Assembly (NCBI GenBank): GCA_964408855.1
Contig: CAYPBB010000017.1
Location: 2,148-66,147 of the forward strand
Direction of reading: 5' to 3'
Source of the DNA: an uncultured Ectothiorhodospiraceae bacterium
GTDB taxonomy: Bacteria; Bacteroidota; Ignavibacteria; SZUA-365; GCA-2699105
DNA: 64,000 bases
Part shown: positions 21,067 to 31,192 of the stretch, in pieces
How positions within the stretch are numbered: position 1 is the first letter of the stretch
How the letters are laid out: each line of letters begins with the position of its first letter
The notes under the pieces: model-generated
The model's database searches: none
Told to the model about the DNA's origin: nothing
What the model saw: only the letters and a program-made list of their open reading frames with translations
Translations under genes and position numbers: made by a program

Positions 21067-21795
21067 TTATTCTCCGATAAACAGTCCGAAGGTTAACCGT
21101 AGTCTCACAAACCCGCTTCCGAGCTTGAGATCGGGAACGTCAGGCGTGTCGAATTCTTCGTTCAATGTCCATGTATCGCCCGAAGAGCCGAAGTAGCCGC
21201 CGGTCAGGCTGAGGACGGTGAAGGGATTGATATCGTATTCAATGGTTGCGGCAGGCTGCCAGGCAAAAAAGGAATTCGTGTACTCGGCGCGCAAGGCGCT
21301 CAGCGATCCGGCCCACGTTCCCTGTCCAGCCGGTCCCTGCGTCAGTGTGATGGTATTGCTGCCGGCGCCGAGGAGGGTTCCAATTGCGAAATGGAGCCGC
21401 TTAAACGCAAAGATATATTCGATTGTCGCTCCGCCGAAACTCGTGGATAACTCGGATTTTCGCAGCGTACCGTTGATGACCGACGTTTCCGAAAGAGAGC
21501 CGCCTGCTCCCATACCTCCGATTCGAAGATTGGGGACAACGATGATGTACGCATAGCCATGTCCGCCGAGCATGAACATCCCGTTTTCCGATAGCCGGGG
21601 CATTCCTTTTGCATCCAGTTCGCTGTTCAGAACGGATGTGTTCGCGAAAAACCAAAGACCGTCGACGCCGCCGCCCGCGCCGACAATACCTCCGCGGCTG
21701 CGCGCCGGAGCTTCTTCCGGTTCGTCTTGTGCGTGAACCGAGGGCACTGCAAAGCAGCAGAGGAACAGGACGGTGAAAATCAAGGAGTGCTTCAT
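21067..21795 (-). CDS. Secreted Gly-rich protein, possible outer-membrane beta-barrel
   Basis: Signal peptide 'MKHSLIFTVLFLCCFAVPSVHAQ'. Alternating Gly/aromatic beta-strand-like repeats. C-terminal 'FGLFIGE'. Confidence 0.4.
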   Translation of the reverse strand: MKHSLIFTVLFLCCFAVPSVHAQDEPEEAPARSRGGIVGAGGGVDGLWFFANTSVLNSELDAKGMPRLSENGMFMLGGHGYAYIIVVPNLRIGGMGAGGSLSETSVINGTLRKSELSTSFGGATIEYIFAFKRLHFAIGTLLGAGSNTITLTQGPAGQGTWAGSLSALRAEYTNSFFAWQPAATIEYDINPFTVLSLTGGYFGSSGDTWTLNEEFDTPDVPDLKLGSGFVRLRLTFGLFIGE

Positions 21796-22247
21796 TTCAT
21801 CGATAACAGTTGTTGTATTGGTTCAATCGCCAAACCGATATGCAGAACGATATTCGCATAAATGCCAGCCGCGACATCGTCCATCATGATCCCGAAGCCC
21901 CCGCGCATCCGGTCGAACCTGTTCGCCGGCCAAGGCTTGAAGATATCGAACAGTCGAAACAGAAGAAACGCGGCAACCGCGACGCCGATGGTTTTCGGAA
22001 GCAGCAGAAGGGAAATCCACATCCCGACAGCTTCATCGAGAACCACCTGGCTCGGATCGTCGCCGTGGAACCGTTCCATGATATTCGCCGCTGGAATACC
22101 GGCAATAAAACAAACGATACAGAGGATCCCGAGTATCCAATCGGTATCGGCTGCTGGCAACAGCCAGTATGGAATTAACGCGGCAGCCGACCCTACTGTT
22201 CCGGACGCAATAGGGAAATAACCGGCTCCCCCAAAGCTGGCGAACAT
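21792..22247 (-). CDS. pgpA: Phosphatidylglycerophosphatase A
   Basis: 'FASFGGAGYFPIASGTVGSAAALIPYWLL', 'FDIFKPWPANRFD' PgpA signature. Start taken at the internal M to avoid overlap with pgsA. Confidence 0.8.
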   Translation of the reverse strand: MFASFGGAGYFPIASGTVGSAAALIPYWLLPAADTDWILGILCIVCFIAGIPAANIMERFHGDDPSQVVLDEAVGMWISLLLLPKTIGVAVAAFLLFRLFDIFKPWPANRFDRMRGGFGIMMDDVAAGIYANIVLHIGLAIEPIQQLLSMK

Positions 22248-22266
22248 CCTGACCGCCAACGGAGGC

Positions 22267-22905
22267 TTAGTCTGCTGCCCGTTGCGGCGTCCTGAAAAGA
22301 GATGCGATGAAGGATCGGTTGTCATAAAAATATTGAATACCGGTAATGACTGTGAGCGCGGCTACGGCGACAATGAGCCAGTATACCGCTACGGGAGTGA
22401 GCGCCGCGCCGATCTCCGCTGAAAAATCGGCAGCCAGCCACGGCACACTGCGCGCGACAGTGAAGAGCAATAGGTAGTAGAGAACGAGCATCTGGATGAA
22501 TGTTTTCCATTGCGCAAACTTCGATGTGACGATCGGCGAATTGCGCGACTCGGCGATAGAACGGAGCACCGTGATGACAAGATCGCGTGTAACGATCACG
22601 ACGACCGTCCACCATGGGATATATCCGGTAATGGCGAATGCGGTAAATGCCAGCGATGTGAGCACTTTGTCGGCAAGCGGATCGAGGAACTTCCCGAAAT
22701 TCGTGACGAGTCCGGAGTTTCTTGCGATGACGCCGTCGTACCAATCGGTTAAAGCCGCCAGGAAAAACACGCCGAGCGACAGTTGTTGAAATGCCGCATC
22801 GCCCGATATGTACAGAAAGAAGAAGATGGGAGCCAATACGATACGGGACGCCGTAAGCGCATTCGGTAGGGTCAGTAATGCCGATACTCGTTCCGCCGGT
22901 TTCAA
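22267..22905 (-). CDS. pgsA: CDP-diacylglycerol--glycerol-3-phosphate 3-phosphatidyltransferase
   Basis: CDP-alcohol phosphatidyltransferase motif 'DWYDGVIARNSGLVTNFGKFLDPLADKV'. Confidence 0.85.
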   Translation of the reverse strand: MKPAERVSALLTLPNALTASRIVLAPIFFFLYISGDAAFQQLSLGVFFLAALTDWYDGVIARNSGLVTNFGKFLDPLADKVLTSLAFTAFAITGYIPWWTVVVIVTRDLVITVLRSIAESRNSPIVTSKFAQWKTFIQMLVLYYLLLFTVARSVPWLAADFSAEIGAALTPVAVYWLIVAVAALTVITGIQYFYDNRSFIASLFRTPQRAAD

Positions 22906-23045
22906 AACAGAACTGCCAGTTGTTCCGGATAATACATCGGGATCGCTCTTCCGATGAATTGCTTCGCGAGGTAGATTCGTCTCATGTTAATAAATTACGC
23001 AATAATCGATAATATTCCTTGCGGCTCTCCGGTGTATTCCGGAAA

Positions 23046-23075
23046 CGAAAAAAAACTCCGTGTCTGAGCACGGAG
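23046..23075 (-). terminator. Rho-independent terminator downstream of cspA
   Basis: ctccgtg-tctgagc-acggag stem followed on the minus strand by an 8-T run. Confidence 0.6.
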
Positions 23076-23104
23076 TAGCGGTCGACCGGTACGCTAATTA
23101 CTGA

Positions 23105-23308
23105 TCACGTGTTTTTCTTCACATTGACTGCCTGAACGCCGCGTGGAGTCTGTTGCACTTCAAACTCCACCAACTCACCCGTCTTGAGTTTCTTGAAACC
23201 CTCCATCATTATTGATCTGTAGTGGACGAAGACCTCCGGACCGTCCTCACGTTTGATGAAGCCGTATCCTTTCTCGTTGTTAAACCATTTCACTGTACCC
23301 CGTTCCAT
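23105..23308 (-). CDS. cspA: Cold-shock protein (CspA family)
   Basis: 'GTVKWFNNEKGYGFI' RNP1 and 'VFVHYRSI' RNP2 motifs. 67 aa. Confidence 0.95.
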   Translation of the reverse strand: MERGTVKWFNNEKGYGFIKREDGPEVFVHYRSIMMEGFKKLKTGELVEFEVQQTPRGVQAVNVKKNT

Positions 23309-23592
23309 TTGTCCTCCATTAAAACGTAGGAAGTATCTATATCCGACAGTTCACCGCAATGAATAATGTGGATGAAGCGGCTCACCGAGCAGATTCGAAG
23401 CGAATACGGCGTCGTTATGGCATAAAAATCGCACCATCGCGCAAGTCTCTAACAGACCGTATCTTGAGTGGAGTGTGTAGAGAAAATATAGGCGTTTGAA
23501 ACAGGATAATCAAGTGTTATTTACACAAAATGCCCTTTCGGGCACTTTGTATCGATGAAAATAATGTAGAAATCCTCGTTTTCTGGTAGAAC

Positions 23593-24411
23593 TCAGAACT
23601 CTTTTTTCTTGAACAACCAGAATGCGAACGCCATCAGCGCAACCGCGAAGAGCGCACTCGACCAGACGGGCATCCAGTCGATCTCGGCGCCGACGATCAT
23701 CAATGCGGTAATGTCGCTGATTTCCCCGGGCTTGGGAAGGATATAATACGGTACGGATAACACCGATTCGACGGTATCGTTGCGCATAAACGCTGCAAGC
23801 GCTTCGCGTTGACTGAGTATCGGAGCTACAACGATAATGTATACGTATACGATGATGATGGAAAGCGCCGTACTCTGCGTCGCAACCCCGATCAACAACA
23901 GAATCGAATAGAGAATGATGAAATAAAACGTGATGGTGAATATCGAAAGCAGAAATGTGCCGTCCCAGTACCCCGTTTTCAACGAGATGATCAACCATAT
24001 GCCGGCAATGAAGTATGCGACATTGCAGAATACAATCAGAATGCTCCCCGCAGTCTTGCCGAACAGTAATTCAAAGCGCGAAACGGGCTTCGAGATCAGG
24101 ATGTCGATAGTGCCCTTTTCCATCATGTTTGGGACAATGCTTGCCGTCGCAAAGACGGAGAGAAAAATGACCGCAAGGGTCGGCAGACCTGCCATCAGCA
24201 TTTCCAGTCCCTTCACTACCCCCGCCTTCGCCATCGCCTGCGCTTCGGGAGACGCGCCGCCTTCCCCGATATTGATCTCGGGCAGCTTGCCAAATATTGC
24301 GACGAGCATCATTGCGACCAACGTCAGCGTGGATAGAATGAAGAACATCACGATGGTTTTCCGCGCTATCCCTTCGCGAATGGTATTTCCAATAATTGCG
24401 AGCAGTCTCAT
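23593..24411 (-). CDS. ABC-2 type transporter permease
   Basis: Six predicted TM segments. Overlaps the upstream ATPase gene by 4 nt. Confidence 0.6.
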   Translation of the reverse strand: MRLLAIIGNTIREGIARKTIVMFFILSTLTLVAMMLVAIFGKLPEINIGEGGASPEAQAMAKAGVVKGLEMLMAGLPTLAVIFLSVFATASIVPNMMEKGTIDILISKPVSRFELLFGKTAGSILIVFCNVAYFIAGIWLIISLKTGYWDGTFLLSIFTITFYFIILYSILLLIGVATQSTALSIIIVYVYIIVVAPILSQREALAAFMRNDTVESVLSVPYYILPKPGEISDITALMIVGAEIDWMPVWSSALFAVALMAFAFWLFKKKEF

Positions 24412-25337
24412 GCTTCTTCCCTCCCGATCACTTCGATGAACATATCTTCAAGGCTGCTCTTCTTTTGCGAAACGCGTTCGAGCAGAACGCCTTCTGCGCG
24501 AAGCTGATCGATGACGGCGTTCAACTCGGGCAAACCGGGAAGGTTCAGCAAAATTGTCCCGTCATTGAAGGAATACGATGTTCTCATCGCATCCCATTGA
24601 ATCCGCAGCTTTTCCGGCAATGCGCCTTCGATGTCGAGTTCGAACACCTGGTCCTGTTTGGTCAATTCGTCGACTGTGCCAAGGCGGAGCAGCTTGCCCT
24701 TGTTCAGGATCGCAACACGGTCGCAGATCAATTCCACTTCGGAAAGAAGGTGCGAGTTCAGAAAAATCGTCTTCCCTGAATCGCGTAATCTGAGCAAGAG
24801 ATCGCGTATTTGCTTTCTGCCGAGCGGATCGACACCATCGGTCGGCTCATCGAGAAAAACCAGATCGGGTTGATTGATGAGCGCCTGGGCTAATCCGATG
24901 CGTTGCATCATACCCTTCGAATACTTCCGGATCTTGACCTTCCGCCATTTCTCCATATTGACAAGCGTAAGCATTTCCGTGATCCGTGGTTCGAGAGCTT
25001 CCGAAGTCAAGCCGCTGAGTTTACCGAAGAAACGAAGCACCTGTTCGCCAGTAAGATATGCCGGGTACTTATGATTTTCCGGCAGATACCCGATCTTCTC
25101 CTTCACGGCGGTATCGGCAATCTCGGTTCCAAGCATGGAGGCCGAACCGGAGGTCGGATAGACGATCGAAAGCAGTACTTTGATGAAGGTGGTTTTCCCT
25201 GCGCCGTTCGGACCGAGCAACCCGAAAATTTCGCCTTTGTTCACGGAGAGAGTAAACTCGCTCAGCGCGGTCACCGATTGATCCTTTCGCCGGGATGGGT
25301 AGACTTTTGTTATATTTTGCGCTTGGATTGCATTCAT
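24408..25337 (-). CDS. ABC transporter ATP-binding protein
   Basis: Walker A 'GPNGAGKTT', signature 'YSKGMMQRIGLA', Walker B 'LVFLDEPT'. Start set at the internal 'MNAIQAQNITKVY'. Confidence 0.85.
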   Translation of the reverse strand: MNAIQAQNITKVYPSRRKDQSVTALSEFTLSVNKGEIFGLLGPNGAGKTTFIKVLLSIVYPTSGSASMLGTEIADTAVKEKIGYLPENHKYPAYLTGEQVLRFFGKLSGLTSEALEPRITEMLTLVNMEKWRKVKIRKYSKGMMQRIGLAQALINQPDLVFLDEPTDGVDPLGRKQIRDLLLRLRDSGKTIFLNSHLLSEVELICDRVAILNKGKLLRLGTVDELTKQDQVFELDIEGALPEKLRIQWDAMRTSYSFNDGTILLNLPGLPELNAVIDQLRAEGVLLERVSQKKSSLEDMFIEVIGREEA

Positions 25338-25470
25338 AGGATTTTTTTTTCTGTTTTTATCGAAAATATCATAGAAATGTTGCACGACAAAATACCGGAA
25401 TCCGGAAAACGATGCCGGGAAATCATTCCTGGCGAATATTCGTTATGTCAACGGATGAAAAAAGAGATTT

Positions 25471-27252
25471 ATGCAAGAAGATGAGATTTTAGGCAAAGCG
25501 CTCGATACGAAGCTGCTCAAGCGCCTATTGGAATACATTCGTCCGTACCGCTTTCACGTGTTGGGATCGATTCTCCTCACCCTATTGATATCTGCGTTCG
25601 GTCCGATACGCCCGTTGCTTACGAAAATAGCCATCGATAAATACATCGCGAAAGGCGATGCCGACGGCTTGGTAGGGATCGCCCTGCTCCTCCTTGCCAC
25701 TCTGATTCTTCAGGGGATCGTTCAGTTCTTCATGACCTATTTCACGCAGTGGATCGGTCAGAAAACGATTCTGGATATCCGTATCAGAGTATACGCGAAG
25801 CTACAGCGGCTTGCATCTTCCTTTTTCGACCGCAATCCGGTCGGCCGCCTGGTGACGCGCGTCACCAGCGACGTCGAAGTCCTGAACGAAATGTTCTCAT
25901 CCGGCCTTGTCACCGTCTTTGCGGACATATTCATCATTGTTTGGATTGTCGTGTTCATGTTCGCAATCGACTGGACGCTCGCTCTGGTGACGCTCAGCGT
26001 TCTTCCCCTGCTGGTCTATGGCACCTTCCTGTTCCGTAAAAAAGTACGCGAAACGTACCGCGATGTCCGGTTCCAGGTTGCGCGGCTGAACAGTTTCACG
26101 CAGGAAAACGTCACCGGAATGACCACCGTCCAGTTGTACGGCCGCGAAGAACGAGAGTACGGGAAACACGACAGCATCAACGTCGAACACCGCGACGCAA
26201 ACCTGCGGTCGGTGTTTTATTATGCGGTGTTCTTCCCCGCCATCGAACTGGTGAGCTCGCTTTCGATTGCATTGACGGTCTGGTACGCCGGCGGCAACAT
26301 CCTCGAAGGCATCATGACTGTCGGAACGCTGGTGTCGTTCATTCAATACACGGAAATGTTTTTCCGTCCCGTGCGCGACCTCTCGGAGAAATACAATATC
26401 ATGCAGACGGCGATGGCGTCATCGGAGCGAATTTTCAAACTGCTCGACGAGGACACGGTAGTCGAGGAACCAGCGGAGCATACCGTTCAACCGCTGAAGT
26501 TCGAGAATCAGATCGAATTCCGGAATGTCACCTTTGCCTATGTCAACGATGAGTATGTGCTGAAGGACATTTCCTTCACGATCGACAAAGGCAGCACGGT
26601 CGCGCTGGTCGGCGCAACAGGCTCCGGCAAGACCACCATCATCAGTCTCCTCAGCCGTTTTTACGATATTCAGCAGGGTGAAATCCTCATCGACGGCGTC
26701 AATATCAAGCGCCACTCGACTGCCGAACTGCGCCGTCATATCGGGGTTGTGTTGCAGGATGTTTTTCTCTTCTCCGGAAACATCGAAGAGAACATCACAT
26801 TGGGAAACAGCGAAATCTCGCACGAGCATGTCGAACGAGTGTGTCAGCTGGTTGGAATCGACCGCTTCATTCAAACACTTCCCGGCGGCTACGAAGGCGA
26901 GGTGAAAGAGCGCGGATCGACTCTTTCCGTGGGCCAAAAACAACTGTTGGCGTTCGCGCGCGCGCTCGCATACGACCCTGAAATCCTCGTTCTCGACGAA
27001 GCTACATCCAGCGTCGATACGGAAACGGAATTGCTTATTCAGGATGCGATTTCCACGCTCGTGAAAGGACGCACTTCGATCGTTATCGCGCATCGCCTGA
27101 GTACGATTCAGAACGCGGATAAAATCATCGTGATGCACAAGGGTACAATCCGCGAAATGGGCACGCATGCCGAACTCTTTGCACTCGGCGGCATCTACAC
27201 CAGACTGTACCAGTTGCAGTACAAGGAACAGGAACTCAAAACCGTCGCCTGA
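25471..27252 (+). CDS. Fused ABC exporter (permease+ATPase), MsbA/lipid-exporter-like
   Basis: Six-TM exporter domain, then Walker A 'GATGSGKTT', 'LSVGQKQLLAFARAL', Walker B 'ILVLDEATSSVD'. Confidence 0.9.
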   Translation: MQEDEILGKALDTKLLKRLLEYIRPYRFHVLGSILLTLLISAFGPIRPLLTKIAIDKYIAKGDADGLVGIALLLLATLILQGIVQFFMTYFTQWIGQKTILDIRIRVYAKLQRLASSFFDRNPVGRLVTRVTSDVEVLNEMFSSGLVTVFADIFIIVWIVVFMFAIDWTLALVTLSVLPLLVYGTFLFRKKVRETYRDVRFQVARLNSFTQENVTGMTTVQLYGREEREYGKHDSINVEHRDANLRSVFYYAVFFPAIELVSSLSIALTVWYAGGNILEGIMTVGTLVSFIQYTEMFFRPVRDLSEKYNIMQTAMASSERIFKLLDEDTVVEEPAEHTVQPLKFENQIEFRNVTFAYVNDEYVLKDISFTIDKGSTVALVGATGSGKTTIISLLSRFYDIQQGEILIDGVNIKRHSTAELRRHIGVVLQDVFLFSGNIEENITLGNSEISHEHVERVCQLVGIDRFIQTLPGGYEGEVKERGSTLSVGQKQLLAFARALAYDPEILVLDEATSSVDTETELLIQDAISTLVKGRTSIVIAHRLSTIQNADKIIVMHKGTIREMGTHAELFALGGIYTRLYQLQYKEQELKTVA

Positions 27253-27506
27253 ACCGCATAGGCCTTGTCGCACCGGCAATGGTCATAGATTTTTTCGTCT
27301 GAACAAGTCTCTTTCAACCGATTTGTGTATGTTGCAGCGACATTCATCGATCTGGTTATGTTGTTATCGTTCGGCAACGAAGCAACGAAGATGCCTGGTC
27401 GATGAAATGAGCCAATTAACGTGGGATTTCCTGCCGCATCAGGCTTCGCAGCGGGTTGCAACGGTTCGATGTATTGCAACAAATTCATCGGTGCATTCAA
27501 TCGAGC

Positions 27507-28670
27507 ATGGAGGGGTATATGGCATGCATCATCATCACAACCAGCATCGGCGGGCATTCGGTGAAATGGTATTTCAGGGAATTAGGAAATGAGCTGGCAG
27601 CGCAGGGACACCGTATTCTTTTTTTAATCGATGGACAAAAAAGGAATGTTGAAAGCGCCTCGACGAATCCCGCATATCTCGTATGGCCGTCGTTCCGCCC
27701 GGTTCACTGGAAAGACGCCGGATATTTGTGCCGGGTTATCCGCAAGTACCGTCCCGACGCGATCGTTTGCAATTTTGGAGCTGAGAACATCGGGGTTCTC
27801 GCCTCCTGGTTCATGCGCGTTCCGGCAAGAATCGTCTGGCATCATACGCTTTCTACTCAGGACAGACAAAACAGTCTAAGCTCCGGCTTGAAGCGCCAGA
27901 TACTTCGGATACGAAAACTGCTGGTGTACTGCTTTGCGACGCGGTTCATCGTAAACAGCGCTGCAATGCTCGCCGACTTTCGAAAAATGTACCGAATCGA
28001 GCGGGCGCCCTGCGATGTAATTCCGTATCTGATCGAAAATGCCGAGGAACCGCCGGCCGCTGAACGTTCTATCGATCTACTCGCTGTCGGCGCGTTGCTG
28101 CCCGCGAAAGGACATTGTTTCCTGATCCGCGCACTGCCCGCAATCCGCAAGAACTACAGCGAAGTCAAAGCGGTGATTATTGGAGACGGACCAATTCGGA
28201 CCGAACTCGAACACCTTGCCACCGAATTACATGTCAACGATATGGTAACGTTTACCGGTTCGCTCCCAAGAGAAGCGGTCTTCGAATACATGTCGAACGC
28301 AAAAATCCTCGTTACCCCCAGCACGAGCGAAGCGTTTGGACTCGTGAATATCGAGGCGCTCCGAGCGGGTACGCCTGTCATTGCCTCAGACTGCGACGGG
28401 ATGAGGGAAAATGTCATCGACGGGTACTCGGGCTACCTTGTGCCGCCGCGCGATCCCGAAGCGATCGCTGAAAAGGCTGTGTCCCTGCTGAGCAACCCTG
28501 CGCTGCTCGAACAAATGCAAAGAAACGCCCGCAGCCACTTCGATGAATCGTTCAGCGCGCGCCAAATGAGCAGGCATGCGAAAAAGCTCGAACAAATGAT
28601 TGCATTGCCTACGCTTGCGGCACTGGCGCAGGAGTATCTTGTGCAATTCGTCGTACCCGCGATGTTCTAA
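27507..28670 (+). CDS. Glycosyltransferase family 4 (GT-B, group 1)
   Basis: 'IIITTSIGGHS' N-terminus. 'EAFGLVNIEALRAGTPVIASDCDGMRENVIDGYSGYLV' E-x7-E GT4 motif. Exact start uncertain (27456-27519). Confidence 0.8.
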   Translation: MEGYMACIIITTSIGGHSVKWYFRELGNELAAQGHRILFLIDGQKRNVESASTNPAYLVWPSFRPVHWKDAGYLCRVIRKYRPDAIVCNFGAENIGVLASWFMRVPARIVWHHTLSTQDRQNSLSSGLKRQILRIRKLLVYCFATRFIVNSAAMLADFRKMYRIERAPCDVIPYLIENAEEPPAAERSIDLLAVGALLPAKGHCFLIRALPAIRKNYSEVKAVIIGDGPIRTELEHLATELHVNDMVTFTGSLPREAVFEYMSNAKILVTPSTSEAFGLVNIEALRAGTPVIASDCDGMRENVIDGYSGYLVPPRDPEAIAEKAVSLLSNPALLEQMQRNARSHFDESFSARQMSRHAKKLEQMIALPTLAALAQEYLVQFVVPAMF

Positions 28671-28809
28671 ACCTGGCATACGTATAGAACCGCAATGCAA
28701 GCCAACACAATGCAGATGACGATGTTACTTACATCAAACATCGGTTCATCATCAATGAAGGAACTTCGGATACGCATTTTAATAATAATAGCGCCCCCCC
28801 ACACACACC

Positions 28810-29796
28810 TTATTTCAGCCAGCCCGCCCGTTTGTACCATTCGATAGTATCGCGGAGGGCTTCCTCAATTGTCAATTGCTGATGGTAGCCGAAGTCGCGG
28901 GTGGCTTTCGACGTGTCACAGATCCAGTACCGCTGCGTGAAGTCTTTCGCCTTCTCGATGTTCAGCGTGGCGGCTTTCCCGGCTATCGCGGAGAAGAATT
29001 GCGCAAATGCAGCGATGACGTAAAGCATCGAATGCGGCATGCGGAACGTGAAGAATTTCCGCCCAAGCGCTTCGCCGCAAATCTTCCCAACCTGATCCCA
29101 CGAATAAAACTCTTCGCTCGAAATAAAGTACGTCTCGTTCAGCGCCTTTTCCGCTTCGGCGGCCATTACAATGCCGCGCACGAGATCGGCGGAGTGAATC
29201 AGACTAAGCCGCTTGTCGTCGAATCCCATCACCGAATTCAATCCCGATTGAAGCGCCTTGAAATAGAGATAGATTTCCGTATCCCTCGGTCCAAACACCG
29301 CCGGGGGACGCACAATGGTATAAGGCAGTTTGACGGTGTGCGAACGGACAAGTTCTTCCGCGAGGATTTTACTCTTCCCGTAGCGCGTCAGAGGATTTGG
29401 CTGATCGTCTTCTCTCGTCGGTCTATCGAGCGAGGACGCAGGTCCGGCGGCGGTCTGGCTGCTGATGTACATAAACCGCTTCAATGCCGGAGCTTCGGCG
29501 AGCGTTGCTTCTATCAAGTCGGCAGTCGCCTGTACATTCGCCTGATAGTATTCGTCCCAATTTCGGGCTTTGACGAGACCGGCAAGATGAAAGACGTAAT
29601 CGGCGCCTCGAACAAGCTCGGCAAGAGAGGCTTTGTTCGTCAGCCCCCCGTCGACCAGTTCGATGGGTTTATCCTTCAACCATCGGAGATTGCTGGTTTT
29701 CCGCACCAATGCTCGCACGGTATAGCCTTTTTCGAGTAGCGTGTCGGCGAGGTGGCTGCCGATGAATCCTGATGCTCCGGTAATGCTTGCTATCAT
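28810..29796 (-). CDS. NAD(P)-dependent epimerase/dehydratase-family reductase (extended SDR); candidate ceramide/3-keto-sphinganine reductase (CerR-like), or alternatively an SDR-type dehydrogenase
   Basis: Rossmann 'ITGASGFIGSHL', catalytic 'YGKSK'. Divergently paired with the AOS-family gene. Confidence 0.7.
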   Translation of the reverse strand: MIASITGASGFIGSHLADTLLEKGYTVRALVRKTSNLRWLKDKPIELVDGGLTNKASLAELVRGADYVFHLAGLVKARNWDEYYQANVQATADLIEATLAEAPALKRFMYISSQTAAGPASSLDRPTREDDQPNPLTRYGKSKILAEELVRSHTVKLPYTIVRPPAVFGPRDTEIYLYFKALQSGLNSVMGFDDKRLSLIHSADLVRGIVMAAEAEKALNETYFISSEEFYSWDQVGKICGEALGRKFFTFRMPHSMLYVIAAFAQFFSAIAGKAATLNIEKAKDFTQRYWICDTSKATRDFGYHQQLTIEEALRDTIEWYKRAGWLK

Positions 29797-29984
29797 AGTA
29801 TGTGCTTCTCTGGTGGGAATGATTCGGTCGATTTTTCGTATATTTCTGGTTTAAAGTATGGTAATTTTTGTATTCACTCAAATAATGTGTTTTTCCGGAT
29901 CGCCCACAATCCAGCAGGCAGCGGCATCCAGACGCAACGCTCGCCGATGCGCCGGACAAACCAGAAGACAATAGAGGAGTCGTT

Positions 29985-31178
29985 GTGGATTTATTTGACA
30001 AATGCCGCGCATTCACGCGGGCGGACGAAGTAAAAGCATCGGGATATTACCCGTATTTCCGCGCTATCGAAGAAAACGAGGGTCCTGTCGTCACCATCGA
30101 AGGACGGCAGATCATCATGGCAGGCTCGAACAACTACCTCGGTCTGACCGCTCACCCGAAAGTGCGCGAAGCAAGTATCGAAGCCGTAAAGAAATACGGA
30201 ACCGGCTGCTCGGGATCGCGCTATCTGACCGGAACAATCAATCTGCATAACGAGCTCGAAGAGCGGTTCGCGGCATTTTTCGGAAAGGAAAGCTGCCTCC
30301 TCTTCTCAACCGGCTACCAGACGGCGCAGGGTATTATCCCGACGCTGGTGCAGCGCGGCGAATACGTCGTATCCGACAAGGATAACCATGCCTGCATCGT
30401 CGCCGGGAATCTCATGGCGAAAGGCGCGTTTGCCGGCTTCGAGCGCTATAAGCACAACGACATGGCCGACCTCGAGCGGGTACTCAATGCACTGCCGCAC
30501 GATAAGCCGAAACTTGTCGTCTCCGACGGTGTGTTCAGCACTACCGGTGAAATCGTCGATCTACCCGCGCTGGTTGAATCCGCTCGCAGGCACAATGCCC
30601 GTATCCTCATCGACGACGCGCATTCTGTCGGCGTGATCGGAAAGGGCGGACGCGGAACGGCGAGCCATTTCAGCCTCGAAAACGAGGTGGATATGACAAT
30701 GGGCACCTTCAGCAAAACATTCTCCAGTCTTGGAGGATTTGTCGTCGGCGATCGCCCAGTCATCAATTATATCAAGCATCACTCCCCCGCCCTCATTTTC
30801 AGTGCAAGCCCGACTCCAGCCAGCGTCGCCGCGGCGCTTGCCGCTCTCGATATTCTCGAGGAGCAGCCCGATCTCGTCGACAGACTCATTGCCAATGCCT
30901 CCTACATGCGTAAAGGCTTCGCCGATATGGGCTTCAATGTTATTCCCGGTCAAACAGGCGTGGTGCCGGTTATCATCGGCGACGATGAGCGCACGTTCGT
31001 CTTCTGGCGTCAGTTGTTCGATGCAGGCGTGTTCGTAAACGCATTCATCAGTCCGGGCGTCCCTGCCGGATTGCAAATGCTCCGCACCAGCTACATGGCG
31101 ACACACGAGAAGGAACACCTCGACCGCATTCTTGAAATCAGCGGCGAGATCGGAAAGCAACTGGGCATCATCAATTAG
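29985..31178 (+). CDS. Alpha-oxoamine synthase family PLP enzyme (serine palmitoyltransferase-like; Kbl/BioF not excluded)
   Basis: 'AGSNNYLGL', PLP-Lys region '[12 protein letters not shown]', '[15 protein letters not shown]'. C-terminal 'IGKQLGII' resembles Kbl. Confidence 0.85.
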   Translation: MDLFDKCRAFTRADEVKASGYYPYFRAIEENEGPVVTIEGRQIIMAGSNNYLGLTAHPKVREASIEAVKKYGTGCSGSRYLTGTINLHNELEERFAAFFGKESCLLFSTGYQTAQGIIPTLVQRGEYVVSDKDNHACIVAGNLMAKGAFAGFERYKHNDMADLERVLNALPHDKPKLVVSDGVFSTTGEIVDLPALVESARRHNARILIDDAHSVGVIGKGGRGTASHFSLENEVDMTMGTFSKTFSSLGGFVVGDRPVINYIKHHSPALIFSASPTPASVAAALAALDILEEQPDLVDRLIANASYMRKGFADMGFNVIPGQTGVVPVIIGDDERTFVFWRQLFDAGVFVNAFISPGVPAGLQMLRTSYMATHEKEHLDRILEISGEIGKQLGIIN

Positions 31179-31192
31179 GAAGGCGGTTCTAA

